A stretch of DNA of 64,000 nt from Eledone cirrhosa (GCA_964016885.1 OZ024757.1:31000001-31064000); one strand, 5' to 3'; counted from the stretch's first letter, positions 28,275-44,207 are shown. Numbers and translations: made by a program. The notes: a model not told the origin generated them from the letters alone.

Positions 28275-28712
28275 ATATATACATATACACACACATGAGG
28301 TCAGACACCTTTCTCTCCGGCCAACAACTGATTCTTTTTTTCAAATACCACTTTAGAAGAAGAATCAGGATGGAGAGAGAGGTGCTGTACCCCAGCAAGT
28401 TTTATGAAAGGTGGGTGAAAGTGGCGAGAATGGCCCGAGTGAATGGGCCTTCTCTCTATATCAGCCTGTAGGTTGAGGAAAAAGAGGAGGAGAAGAAAGG
28501 GGTACAAACTCTTCGTACTCCTTGAGATGAGGGTTGCACATTTTTTCGGGCGTATGTGTTACCCATATGTAAGGTTTCCCCCTATTGGGGAAAATCGATT
28601 AACTTTTAAATTGTATTTGTGATAGTATTTTACACGTTTTTATTGTATGTAAACTTCCCCCTTTGTATTTGTCCCCTTCTTTTGTGCCCCTGTGGCTAAT
28701 AAAGAAATATAT
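28275..28712 (+). mobile_element. Tx1/L1-like LINE 3' end
   Basis: FFKYHFRRRIRMERE...FYERW resembles a Tx1 ORF2 C-terminus; UTR ends TGTGGCTAATAAAGAAAT, which recurs at 58425-58465 and 58538-58636. Confidence 0.65.
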
Positions 28713-28721
28713 CTATCTATG

Positions 28722-28765
<44 letters not shown>

Positions 28766-28914
28766 GATAAACACACACACTGTTCTAATCTGTTATCCAT
28801 CACCACCACCAACAAGAACACTAACACTACCATTACCACCCCCACTACCACCACGCTGCTCTATTCTATAATTCTCTCCCACACTTTATATTGCCTATTC
28901 CGTTACACCACACA

Positions 28915-29344
28915 AGCAACCAACCAAACAACCAACCAACCAACCAACCAACGCACCAACCAACCAGCCAACCAACCAACCAACCAACCAACGCACCAAC
29001 CAACCAACCAGCCAACCAACCAACCAACCAACGCACCAACCAACCAACCAACCAACCAACGCACCAACCAACCAGCCAACCAACGCACCAACCAACGCAC
29101 CAACCAACCAGCCAACCAACGAACCATCAAATCAACCAACCAGCCAACCATCCAACCAACCAACACACCAACCAACCAATCCACCAGCCAGCCAGCCAAC
29201 CATCCAACCAATCCACTCATCCTTCAACAACCATCCAATCAACCAATTCACCAACCAACCAACCAGCCAACCAACTAGCCAACCAAACATTCAACCCACG
29301 AACCGACCAGCCAACCAATCCACCAACCAACCAACCAACCAGCA

Positions 29345-29377
<33 letters not shown>

Positions 29378-29415
29378 ACTCACCCACTCATCCTCCAACC
29401 AACCAGCCAACCTAA
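28915..29415. repeat. (CCAA)n-type microsatellite
   Basis: Direct reading. Confidence 0.95.
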
Positions 29416-29944
29416 CATTTCTACTAACACCACTGTACAACATATTTAACCCTATACAATAGTTATATTGTCCTACCCAACTACATTTCGTTCTGATCGT
29501 TCATTCATCACCTTCCTACACACTTTCTCTCTCTAGTATTCCAATTCTTATTCTTATCCCCATTCTTATTCATTCTCTCAATCCGTTATTCGGTCATTCG
29601 TTCGTATATTCGGTCATTCGGTCACTCACTCCATTATTTGATAGATTTTTTTCTTATTCTTCGTGTTCCTTTTTTTTAATTAGAAAAAAAAATATATTCA
29701 TTTATTTCTCATTCAGTTAATGTGCTTTGAATATATATATATATGTGTGTGTGTGTGTATATATATATACACACACATATATACATATACATACATACAC
29801 GCACACATATATATATGTGTGTATATACATATACACACACATATATATGTATATTGAAGCACATTCAAAGTCATATATAGATGATTCTATCAAATAATAT
29901 ACACTTTTGTATTCATATACATATATTATAAAAGAGGCAAGTCA

Positions 29945-31328
29945 CACACACAACACACAGAAACCTCACACTACACCACACTACACCACACACACAAACC
30001 TCACACTACAACACCCACAAACCTCTCACTACACTACACTACACAACACAACACAACACAACACACACAAACCTCTCACTATACCACACTACACAACACA
30101 CTGAAACCTCTCACTATACCCCACTACACCACACTACACAACACTACACAACACACACAAACCTCTCACTATACCACACTACACCACACACACAAACCTC
30201 TCACTACACCACACTACACCACACACACAAACCTCTCACTACACCACACTACACCACACACACAAACCTCACACTACACCACACTACACAACACTACACA
30301 ACACACACAAACCTCTACACTACACCACACTCCACAACACACACAAACCTCTCACTACACCACACCACTCCAATTACACCACACAACACATTAACGCACG
30401 TGTTCACACATGACCATATTTCACGTGGTACCCAACAACACATACTATACAACACATCTCACAACTCAACATACAGACTATACAACAGATATTATACAAA
30501 ACCTATACTACACAACATACATATAGTATACAACACACATTCTATACAACACCACACCACACTACACTACACTACACTACACTACACACCACACTACACA
30601 CCATACCACACATCACATCACACACCACACTACACTACACTACACACCACACCACACTACACATCACTACACACCACACACCACCTTACTGATTCCTCCA
30701 ACTTCATTGGTGCCTCCAACCTCACCGATCCCCTCCCCCTTCATTGACGCCTCACCACCCCTCACTTCATACCCCCACCCCCTTCATTGACGCCTCACCA
30801 CCACTCACCTCATACCCCCTTCATTGAGCCCCCCACCCCTTCATTGATGCCTCACCCCCACCCACCTCACCCCCACATCACCTCACCCCCTTCATTGACG
30901 CCTCACCACCACCAACCGTATACCCCCCACCTTCTTTCTCGTTATGTGTTTAGCACGTGCTTCTTTTACTTAATGGTTAACCCTGGTCTGTGATTACACA
31001 CAACCTCACTATAACAACACTACACACAACCTCACTATAACAACACTACACACAACCTCACTATAACAACACTACACACAACCTCACTATAACAACACTA
31101 CACACAACCTCACTATAGCAACACTACACACTACAGCATCATACATTGCACTTTAAACACAACAAACACAATATGTTACACATCACACAACATACTAAAC
31201 ACCACACAACACACACTAACAACCACACAGCACCACACAACACACAGCACCACACAACACACTAAACATTACACAACACACAACTCACTAGACACCACAC
31301 AACACACGCCAAACAACACCACACAACA

Positions 31329-31362
<34 letters not shown>

Positions 31363-31545
31363 CTGCAACACACACCATACAACACCACACACACACACAA
31401 CTGCAACACACACCATACAACACCACACACACACACAACTGCAACACACACCATACAACACCACATCACACCACACACACAAAAGCAACACACACCATAC
31501 AACAGCACTGTATACCATGCTATACACGCCGCACCACACCACTGA
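29945..31545. repeat. CACTA/CACCA-based degenerate satellite
   Basis: Direct reading. Confidence 0.85.
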
Positions 31546-31936
31546 ACCTGCTAGAAAGAGCAGCCAAATCACACCTTAAAGAAGTTTGAGATATTGAGAT
31601 CGAGGGTTTCCTATATATAAGAAACCCCCCCCCCCCAAACTGGATGGTCACCACTGGAATACCTTTGATCATAGGTCTGCTCAATGAGAGTTGACCTGGG
31701 GCTAAATAACAGCAACAACTATCATACACACACACACACACACACAAAATCACGACCACTCACATACACAAACACACATATTCAGGGCGTCCCTGAAATA
31801 TGTATACACACTTTGAGTTATCTGCTGTTGGAGTGTTGTATATATTTTTGGGGGACACCCTGTATATATATATATACTCTTTTACTCTTTTACCTGTTCC
31901 GGCCATCCGGCTGAGGCCATGCTGGGGCACCGCCCT

Positions 31937-32074
31937 AAGGCCAGTTACTACAACAAAGCCATACCAGGAACGTTCCTGGTATGGCTTTGTTGTAGTAACT
32001 GGCCTTGATAATTATATTAAAGCTACGGACTTGAGTTGATTTATATCTTGGATATTTCTACCAAGTTATTACCA

Positions 32075-32075
<1 letters not shown>
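31937..32075 (+). mobile_element. Perfect 70-bp palindrome plus tail
   Basis: 31937-31971 is the exact reverse complement of 31972-32006; tail GCTACGGACTTGAGTT. Confidence 0.85.
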
Positions 32076-32159
<84 letters not shown>

Positions 32160-32300
32160 CACACACACACACATATACAAACACACAGAGATGTAAAATC
32201 TGGACCGCGGCGTCAAACGGTTTCTGCTTGTGTGTTCAGCAAGCCTTTGTAAGGGTCTAGTATTCCCATGATAAGTAGTCTCCTCGGTCTCAGCTACGCA

Positions 32301-32365
<65 letters not shown>

Positions 32366-32381
32366 TCTCTCTCTCTCTTTC

Positions 32382-32414
<33 letters not shown>

Positions 32415-32517
32415 ATATATATGTGTGTGTGTATGTATATGTGTGTATATATATATGTGTGTGTGTGTATATATGTATGTGTGTATATATGTGTATGAGT
32501 GTATATATGTGTGTGTG

Positions 32518-32548
<31 letters not shown>

Positions 32549-32737
32549 ATTATATATTATATATATGTATATCATATCCTGTATACACACAAATGTATAT
32601 ATATATAGATATATATATAAACACATTTGAAATGTGCGCCTCTCAACCATAATAATTGTTTCTACTTTTGGTACAAGGCCAGCAATTATCTCACTACATT
32701 ACTGGTACTTTATTTTATCGACCCCGTAAGGATGAAA

Positions 32738-35025
32738 GGCAAAGTTAACCTCTGCGGAGATTTGAACTGAGAATGGCAGGCAAAGTTAACCTCGGCGGGG
32801 ATTTGAACTGAGAATGGCAGGCAAAGTTAACCTCTGCGGGGATTTGAACTGAGAATGGCAGGCAAAGTTAACCTCGGCGGGGATTTGAACTGAGAATGGC
32901 AGGCAAAGTTAACCTCGGCGGGGATTTTAACTGAGAATGGCAGGCAAAGTTAACCTCTGCGGAGATTTGAACTGAGAATGGCAGGCAAAGTTAACCTCGG
33001 CGGGGATTTGAACTGAGAATGGCAGGCAAAGTTAACCTCGGCGGGGATTTTAACTGAGAATGGCAGGCAAAGTTAACCTCTGCGGAGATTTGAACTGAGA
33101 ATGGCAGGCAAAGTTAACCTCGGCGGGGATTTGAACTGAGAATGGCAGGCAAAGTTAACCTCTGCGGAGATTTGAACTGAGAATGGCAGGCAAAGTTAAC
33201 CTCGGCGGGGATTTGAACTGAGAATGGCAGGCAAAGTTAACCTCTGCGGAGATTTGAACTGAGAATGGCAGGCAAAGTTAACCTCGGCGGGGATTTGAAC
33301 TGAGAATGGCAGGCAAAGTTAACCTCTGCGGAGATTTGAACTGAGAATGGCAGGCAAAGTTAACCTCTGCGGAGATTTGAACTGAGAATGGCAGGCAAAG
33401 TTAACCTCGGCGGGGATTTGAACTGAGAATGGCAGGCAAAGTTAACCTCTGCGGAGATTTGAACTGAGAATGGCAGGCAAAGTTAACCTCGGCGGGGATT
33501 TGAACTGAGAATGGCAGGCAAAGTTAACCTCTGCGGAGATTTGAACTGAGAATGGCAGGCAAAGTTAACCTCGGCGGGGATTTGAACTGAGAATGGCAGG
33601 CAAAGTTAACCTCGGCGGGGATTTGAACTGAGAATGGCAGGCAAAGTTAACCTCTGCGGAGATTTGAACTGAGAATGGCAGGCAAAGTTAACCTCGGCGG
33701 GGATTTGAACTGAGAATGGCAGGCAAAGTTAACCTCTGCGGAGATTTGAACTGAGAATGGCAGGCAAAGTTAACCTCGGCGGGGATTTGAACTGAGAATG
33801 GCAGGCAAAGTTAACCTCTGCGGAGATTTGAACTGAGAATGGCAGGCAAAGTTAACCTCGGCGGGGATTTGAACTGAGAATGGCAGGCAAAGTTAACCTC
33901 TGCGGAGATTTGAACTGAGAATGGCAGGCAAAGTTAACCTCGGCGGGGATTTGAACTGAGAATGGCAGGCAAAGTTAACCTCTGCGGAGATTTGAACTGA
34001 GAATGGCAGGCAAAGTTAACCTCGGCGGGGATTTGAACTGAGAATGGCAGGCAAAGTTAACCTCGGCGGGGATTTGAACTGAGAATGGCAGGCAAAGTTA
34101 GCCTCGGCGAGGATTTGAACTGAGAATGGCAGGCAAAGTTAACCTCTGCGGAGATTTGAACTGAGAATGGCAGGCAAAGTTAACCTCGGCGGGGATTTGA
34201 ACTGAGAATGGCAGGCAAAGTTAACCTCGGCGGGGATTTTAACTGAGAATGGCAGGCAAAGTTAACCTCGGCGGGGATTTGAACTGAGAATTGCAGGCAA
34301 AGTTAACCTCAGCGGAGATTTGAACTGAGAATGGCAGGCAAAGTTAACCTCGGCGGGGATTTGAACTGAGAATGGCAGGCAAAGTTAACCTCGGCGGGGA
34401 TTTGAACTGAGAATGGCAGGCAAAGTTAACCTCGGCGGGGATTTTAACTGAGAATGGCAGGCAAAGTTAACCTCGGCGGAGATTTGAACTGAGAATGGCA
34501 GGCAAAGTTAACCTCGGTGGAGATTTTAACTGAGAATGGCAAGCAAAGTTAACCTCAGCGGAGATTTGAACTGAGAATGGCAGGCAAAGTTAACCTCAGC
34601 GGAGATTTGAACTGAGAATGGCAGGCAAAGTTAACCTCGGCGGGGATTTGAACTGAGAATGGCAGGCAAAGTTAACCTCTGCGGAGATTTTAACTGAGAA
34701 TGGCAGGCAAAGTTAACCTCGGCGGGGATTTGAACTGAGAATGGCAGGCAAAGTTAACCTCGGCTTGGATTTGAACTGAGAATGGCAGGCAAAGTTAACC
34801 TCGGCGGGGATTTGAACTGAGAATGGCAGGCAAAGTTAACCTCAGCGGAGATTTGAACTGAGAATGGCAGGCAAAGTTAACCTCAGCGGAGATTTGAACT
34901 GAGAATGGCAGGCAAAGTTAACCTCGGCGGGGATTTGAACTGAGAATGGCAGGCAAAGTTAACCTCAGCGGAGATTTGAACTGAGAATGGCAGGCAAAGT
35001 TAACCTCGGCGGAGATTTGAACTCA
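32738..35025 (-). repeat. 41-bp x 56 tandem array inside a SINE2 copy (32653-35040)
   Basis: Unit GGCAAAGTTAACCTC(G/T/A)GCGG(G/A)GATTTGAACTGAGAATGGCA; first and last unit starts (32738, 34993) are exactly 55x41 apart. Confidence 0.97.
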
Positions 35026-35119
35026 GACTGTAAAGGGACGAACCCTATAGTCGATCACTATAAATAATAGTTGAGAAAATCGAGTAAAATACCCCTGGGG
35101 ACGGGAAAAATGTGGTTAG

Positions 35120-35194
35120 AGGCACCAATGAGAAATCGAACCCCGCCTTTTCTCGAATGCCGGACGAGTGCGTTAACTACAATGCTAAAGAGCC
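35120..35194 (-). pseudogene. tRNA-like sequence (GGC anticodon, Ala-like), imperfect cloverleaf
   Basis: GGCTCTTTAGCATTGTAGTTAACGCACTCGTCCGGCATTCGAGAAAAGGCGGGGTTCGATTTCTCATTGGTGCCT; GGTTCGAT T-loop, mismatched stems. Confidence 0.55.
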
Positions 35195-35353
35195 GCTGGC
35201 CGCCAATTCTGTCTTTATAGACGATCTTAAGACACTTGTTAGATGTGTAAATAAAGCGTTTGACTTAAGAAATATTGAGGAAATTTGAAAAGTGAGCTTC
35301 CAGACGTAAGTGTCCAAAATAATACACAATTACTATAAATAATAGTGAGCAAC

Positions 35354-35418
<65 letters not shown>

Positions 35419-35678
35419 CATATATTTATATACATATATGTATATATAGATATATACATATATTTATATACATATATGTATATATAGATATATACATATA
35501 TTTATATACATATATTTATATACATATATTTATATACATATACTTATATACACACACACACATATATATATATATACACACATATATATATATATATATA
35601 TCTATATATCTATATATATACATACATATATTTATATATATATATACATACATATATTTATATACATGTGTGTGTGTG

Positions 35679-35709
<31 letters not shown>

Positions 35710-35723
35710 ATATGTATATTTAT

Positions 35724-35772
<49 letters not shown>

Positions 35773-35816
35773 CACCCCAACCAAATTATGCAACACTTAA
35801 CATGTACTGACAAAAT

Positions 35817-35849
<33 letters not shown>

Positions 35850-36008
35850 AATAGTATATATACTCAAACGACAATTTATACATCACATATAATATACACG
35901 CCAAATAATGTATATATCACATACTATATTAACAGTATTCCCATTATATACCCCCTACTACATAGAACATGTACCGTATAAATCACATACTATATACACC
36001 AAAAACTG

Positions 36009-36040
<32 letters not shown>

Positions 36041-37624
36041 ACATACTATATTCATCATATTTTATATACACATAACATAGAACATACATCATATATTATA
36101 CACCCGTCAAATACTGTGTATACATCACATTCTATATACATCATATATTATATATACACACTGTATGTATATATATATATATATGTGTGTGTATATATAC
36201 CACCACGACTCTCCATACGGACATTATTTGACCGTACACACGTTCACACACACACACACGTATATATACATACAGACACGTACACACACACACACACACA
36301 CATGTCAATACACATCATACACATATGCCGATATACACACATGGCCACACACACACACCGTCATACACACGATCACATATATCACACATCATACACACAT
36401 ATATATATCGTCATACACACACACATGTCGTCATACACATCATACACACACACGCACATGCCGCCATACACACGATCACACACATCACACACAAGCCGTC
36501 ATACACACACACACACACTATACATACGTTATATACCACACACGACACACACGTCGTCAAACACCATACATTATGCACCACACACTACACACACACACAC
36601 GATTGACACACACACTATACATACGATACACACACACACATACGATGCTATATACACCACACACACACCATACACTATGAACCACACACATATGCCATCA
36701 CAAACACACACATTATACATCAACCCCCTCCACACACACACTATGCACCACACACACACTATGCACCACACACACACACACACTATACACCACACACACA
36801 CACACACACACACACACTATACACCACACAAACACACACTGTACATCAGCACCCCTCCGCGCCACGCACACACTATACACCACACACACAACATACACTA
36901 TACACCACACACACACCATACACTATACACCACACACACACTATACACCACACAAACACACACATTGTACATCAGCAACCCCCCCCCCCCCCCCCTCCGC
37001 ACACACACCATACACTATACAGCACACACACACACACACACTACACCACACACACACACACACTATACACCACACAAATACACACATTGTACATCAGCAA
37101 CCCCCCCCCCCTCGCGCACACACACCATACACTATACAGCACACACACACACACACACTATACACCACACACACAACATACTATACACCACACACACACC
37201 ATACACTATACACCGCACACACACGCACACTATACACCACACACACACACACTATACACCACACACACACACTATACACCACACAAACACACACATTGTA
37301 CATCAGCAACCCCCCGCACACACACCATACACTTTACACCACACACACAACATACACTATGCACCACACACACACACCATACACTATACACCACACACAC
37401 ACACACCATACACCACACACACACACCATACACTATACGCCACACACTATACACCACACACACACCATACACCACACACTATACACCACACACACACCAT
37501 ACACTACACACCACACACACACACACCTATACACACACACACACACACACACCATACACCACACACACACACCATACACTATACGCCACACACTATACAC
37601 CACACACACACCATACACTACACA

Positions 37625-37671
<47 letters not shown>

Positions 37672-37927
37672 TACACATACACACACTCGGCCAAATCTCA
37701 CTTTACTGTATTTAAAAAAAATGAAGGAAAGAGTGGACAGCTTAGATCAGTCCCTGTCTCTAAGGATGGTCACCGCTGGAGAGGATTCTGGTCAGAGGTT
37801 TACTAGATCACGACTGACCAATGAACACACACACACACATACACACACATTTACACACACACATACACACACATATACATACATACACGCCAATAAACAA
37901 ATGTTACATTTGCACACACACACATAC

Positions 37928-37970
<43 letters not shown>

Positions 37971-38413
37971 CACAGAAATCACACGAACACATACACACAC
38001 AGATACACTTTCATAAACACACACACAGATACACTTAGCCATATAATCACACAGATACACTTAACCACATAAACACACACACAGATACACTTGACCACAT
38101 AAACACACACACACAAACATATATATACACACAGAAATCACACACATATATATATATATATATATACAGACATTAATCTCACAAACATACATACACACAC
38201 ACACGCACGCACACATATATCTATATATGTATACAAACAGAAAGCACACAAGCAAACGCACACACACACACAAGCAAACGCACACACAAGCAAATGCACA
38301 TACACACACAAGCACATATATATAGAAACCGACATCACATAAACACACACGTACACACGTGCAAGCCTACACACATTCTTGGAAACACACACATACATAC
38401 ATACATACATACA

Positions 38414-38447
<34 letters not shown>

Positions 38448-38949
38448 CTCACAATTACATATAAAGCATATACATACATACATGCATACATACACATCCA
38501 CACATACGTACAGCCATATACATACATATATACACACATATACATAATAGATACATACATACCCATATACATACACACATACATATATACACACATATAC
38601 ATAATAGATACATACATACCCATATACATATACACATACATATATACAGCCATATATACATTTATTTATACACAAACAAAAGTGAAAACATATACACACA
38701 CATATACATACAGCCATATATATATGTATATATATATATATACATACATACATATACACACGCACATATACATACAGCCATATATATATGTATATATATA
38801 TATATACATACATACATATACACACGCACATATACATACAGCCATACACACAAATATATATATATACATACATGCATACACATACATATACACACATATA
38901 CAGCCTTATACATAAATTTATTTATATACAAAGAAACATACATGCGATA

Positions 38950-40810
38950 ACAATTATTTCTAATTATGGCACAAGGTCAGCAATTCATGATGGCGGGGGC
39001 GACATATCTCGACCCCAGTATTTCACTGGTATCAGATTTTCTTGTCATCCATATCGTTACTGGTTTTATTGGCCCCAAGGGTCAAAGTCTCTATAACAAT
39101 GATAATTGTTTCTACTTTAGGCACAAGGCCAGCAATTACCCAGTGCATTACCGGTACTTTATTTTATCGACCCCGTAAGGATGAAAGGCAAAGTCAACCT
39201 CTGCGGGATTTGAACTCAGATCGTAAAGGGACGTAACTCTATGCTGGAAAGCATGGCGTCCGACCCTCTACCGACACTGCCAATCCACCAAATAATAATA
39301 ATTGTTTCTACTTTAGGCACAAGGCCAGCAATTACCCAGTGCATTACTGGTACTTTATTTTATCGACCCCGTAAGGATGAAAGGCAAAGTCAACCTCTGC
39401 GGGATTTGAACTCAGATCGTAAAGGGACGTAACTCTATGCTGGAAAGCATGGCGTCCGACCCTCTACCGACACTGCCAATCCACCAAATAATAATAATTG
39501 TTTCTACTTTAGGCACAAGGCCAGCAATTACCCCAGTGTATTACTGGTACTTTATTTTATCGACCCCGTAAGGATGAAAGGCAAAGTCAACCTCTGCGGG
39601 ATTTGAACTCAGATCGTAAAGGGACGTAACTCTATGCTGGAAAGCATGGCGTCCGACCCTCTACCGACACTGCCAATCCACCAAATAATAATAATTGTTT
39701 CTACTTTAGGCACAAGGCCAGCAATTACCCAGTGTATTACTGGTACTTTATTTTATCGACCCCGTAAGGATGAAAGGCAAAGTATAGTAATAGTTGTTTC
39801 TACGTTAGGCACAAGGCCAGCAATTACCCCAGTGTTTTACTGGTACTTTATTTTATCGACCCCGTAAGGATGAAAGGCAAAGTATAGTAATAGTTGTTTC
39901 TACGTTAGGCACAAGGCCAGCAATTACCCCAGTGTATTACTGGTACTTTATTTTATCGACCCCGTAAGGATGAAAGGCAAAGTATAGTAATAGTTGTTTC
40001 TACGTTAGGCACAAGGCCAGCAATTACCCCAGTGTATTACTGGTACTTTATTTTATCGACCCCGTAAGGATGAAAGGCAAAGTATAGTAATAATTGTTTC
40101 TACTTTAGACACAAGGCCAGCAATTACCCCAGTATATTACTGGTACTTTATTTTATCGACCCCGTAAGGATGAAAGGCAAAGTATAGTAATAATTGTTTC
40201 TACTTTAGACACAAGGCCAGCAATTACCCCAGTGTATTACTGGTACTTTATTTTATTGACCCGACCCCATAAGGATGAAAGGCAAAGTATAGTAATAGTT
40301 GTTTCTACTTTAGGCACAAGGCCAGCAATTACCCCAGTGTATTACTGGTACTTTATTTTATCGACCCCGTAAGGATGAAAGGCAAAGTATAGTAATAGTT
40401 GTTTCTACTTTAGGCACAAGGCCAGCAATTACCCCAGTGTATTACTGGTACTTTATTTTATCGACCCCGTAAGGATGAAAGGCAAAGTATAGTAATAGTT
40501 GTTTCTACGTTAGACACAAGGCCAGCAAATACCCCAGTATATTACTGGTACTTTATATTATCGACCCCGCAAGGAAACAATGATAATGATGGTGATGATG
40601 CTGATGCTTGTATGGGGGAAGGGGAACGTCGATTAAATCGACCCCAGTGTATTACTGGTACTTTATTTATCGACCCCGTAATGATGAAAGGCAAAGTTAA
40701 CCTCGGCGGGATTTGAACTCAGACCATAATATTAATAATTGTTTCTATTTTTATGCACAAGGCCAGCAATTACCCCAGTGCATTACTGGTATTTTATTTT
40801 ATCGACCATT
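38950..40810 (-). repeat. Head-to-tail SINE2 array: 3 x 196-197 bp full units plus 9 x about 100 bp tail units
   Basis: Full units start at 39106, 39302 and 39498; tail units run from 39695 to 40499 at about 100-bp spacing. Confidence 0.95.
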
Positions 40811-41008
40811 AATAATATAGATAAGTATATCTGCCACAAGGGAGGGAGTTAATATAATGTCAATTGATATATATATATAACATGTGTGTGTGTGTGTGAG
40901 TGTGTGTGTATATATGTGTGTGTGTATATGTATGTAAGTATATGTGTGTGTATCAATGTATATATGTGTGTGCGTGTGTTTGTATGTATATATAGATATG
41001 TGTGTGTG

Positions 41009-41059
<51 letters not shown>

Positions 41060-41126
41060 ATATATCTATGTGTATATGTGTGTGTGTGTGTGTTTGTATG
41101 TATATATAGATATGTGTGTGTGTATG

Positions 41127-41157
<31 letters not shown>

Positions 41158-41286
41158 ATATATATATATATGTGTGTGTGTGAGTGTGTGTATATATGTG
41201 TGTGTGTATATGTATGTAAGTATATGTGTGTGTATCAATGTATATATGTGTGTGTTTGTATGTATATATAGATATGTGTGTGTATG

Positions 41287-41347
<61 letters not shown>

Positions 41348-41841
41348 ATATATATGTATGTATGTGTGTGTGTGTGTGTATATGTGTGTGTGTATGTATG
41401 TGTGTGTATGTATGTATATATGTGTCTGTTTGTATGTATATATAGATATGTGTGTGTATGTATATATATATATGTGTGTGTATATGTATATATATGTGTG
41501 TGTGTATATATGTATGTGTGTATATATGTGTGTGTATGAATGTATATATATATGTGTGTGTATGTATATGTGTGTGTGTGTATGTATGTATACATGTATG
41601 GATGTACATGTATGTATATGTGTATATACATGTATGTACATGTATATATGTATATTTATATATTTGTATATACATGTATGTATGTATATACATGTATGTA
41701 TATGAATATATATATATGTATATATATAATTAACCAACAGGCCAGCTCAGTAAGAGATGGCCACTTTATATAACATATCACAGAAGGGATAAAGGTGGCA
41801 CGGATGGTGTAGCGGGATATAGTGGCTATCAAATTATCCCA

Positions 41842-42815
41842 ATGATGGTCATGGTGATGGTGATGATGGTGGTGGTGGTGGTGGTGGTGGTGGGGATGAT
41901 GGTGGTGGGGATGATGATGATGATGGTGGTGAGGGTGATGGTGGTGGTGGTGATGGTGATGATGGTGATGATGCTGAAGGTGGTGGTGGTGGTGGTGATG
42001 ATGGTGAAGGTGATGATGGTGGTGGTGGTGATGGTGGTGGTGGTGATGGTGATGATGGTGATGATGCTGAAGGTGGTGGTGGTGGTGGTGGTGATGGTGA
42101 TGATGGTGAAGGTGATGATGGTGGTGAAGGTGGTGGTGGTGGTGGTGGTGGTGATGATGATGGTGGTGGTGGTGATGGTGATGATGGTGATGATGCTGAA
42201 GGTGGTGGTGGTGGTGGTGATGGTGATGATGGTGATGATGCTGAAGGTGGTGGTGGTGGTGATGGTGGTGAGGGTGATGATGGTGAAGGTGGTGATGGTG
42301 GTGGTGGTGATGGTGGTGGTGGTGATGGTGATGATGGTGGTGAAGGTGGTGGTGGTGGTGGTGGTGGTGGTGATGATGGTGATGATGCTGAAGGTGGTGG
42401 TGGTGGTGGTGGTGGTGATGGTGATGATGGTGAAGGTGATGATGGTGGTGGTGGTGAAGGTGATGATGGTGGTGAAGGTGGTGGTGGTGGTGGTGGTGAT
42501 GGTGATGATGGTGATGATGCTGAAGGTGGTGGTGAGGGTGATGGTGGTGGTGGTGGTGATGATGATGATGATGATGATGGCATGGTGGTTAAGATGGTGG
42601 TGGTGATGGTGGTGGTGAGGGTGATGATGATGATGATGATGATGGTATGGTGGTGATGATGGTTAAGATGGTGGTGGTGATGGTGGTGGTGGTGGTGAGG
42701 GTGGTGATGAGGATGAGGGTGGTGATGGTGATGGTGATGGTGGTGGTGGAGGTGATGATGGTTAAGATGGTGGTGGTGAGGATGATGATGATGGTGGTGG
42801 TGGTGGTGGTGGTGA
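41842..42815. repeat. (GGT/GAT)n trinucleotide tract
   Basis: Direct reading. Confidence 0.95.
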
Positions 42816-43060
42816 TTCTGATGAAGCCTGTTTCCTTCACCAGCCTCCAGAACAACAGCAATACAAAAGATTTCAACACTTAGTAAGAATTTATTTTGTG
42901 ATGTTTGGACATATACATATATATATACATATATACATATACACATATAAATATATATATAAATATATACTCACATATGCATATATACACACAGGAACAG
43001 CCACACGTATAAATATATACTCACATTTATATTTATATGTGTTTGAGAATGTATATATAC

Positions 43061-43125
<65 letters not shown>

Positions 43126-43303
43126 CACACAAACATATATATATATATATATAACGATATTAACAAATGGAAACTATATTTATCAATATATATATATATG
43201 TATATATATATATGTATATGCATATATATATATGTATATGCATATATATATGTATATGCATATATATATGTATATGTATATATATATGTATATGCATATA
43301 TAT

Positions 43304-43363
<60 letters not shown>

Positions 43364-43413
43364 GCATATATATATGTATATATATATATATGCATATATA
43401 TATATATGTATAT

Positions 43414-43459
<46 letters not shown>

Positions 43460-43566
43460 GAATATATATATGTATATATATGTATATAGATATATGTATA
43501 TATATATGTATATATATATATGTATATATGTATATATATGTATATATATATATGTATATATATATG

Positions 43567-43763
<197 letters not shown>

Positions 43764-43776
43764 GTAAATATATATG

Positions 43777-43807
<31 letters not shown>

Positions 43808-43842
43808 GTATATATATATGTATATATATGTATATATATATG

Positions 43843-43935
<93 letters not shown>

Positions 43936-44042
43936 GTATATATAAATACATATATATATGTAAATATATATATGTAAATATATATATGTAAATATATATA
44001 TATATATGTAAATATATGTATATATATATGTAAATATATATG

Positions 44043-44074
<32 letters not shown>

Positions 44075-44076
44075 GG

Positions 44077-44155
<79 letters not shown>

Positions 44156-44160
44156 GTATC

Positions 44161-44207
<47 letters not shown>

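Noticed and set aside
32738-35025. CRISPR-like regular array
   Set aside because: No unique spacers, no cas genes, eukaryotic context, and the unit is SINE-derived.
42818-42850. CTGATGA core
   Set aside because: No downstream GAAA or helices.
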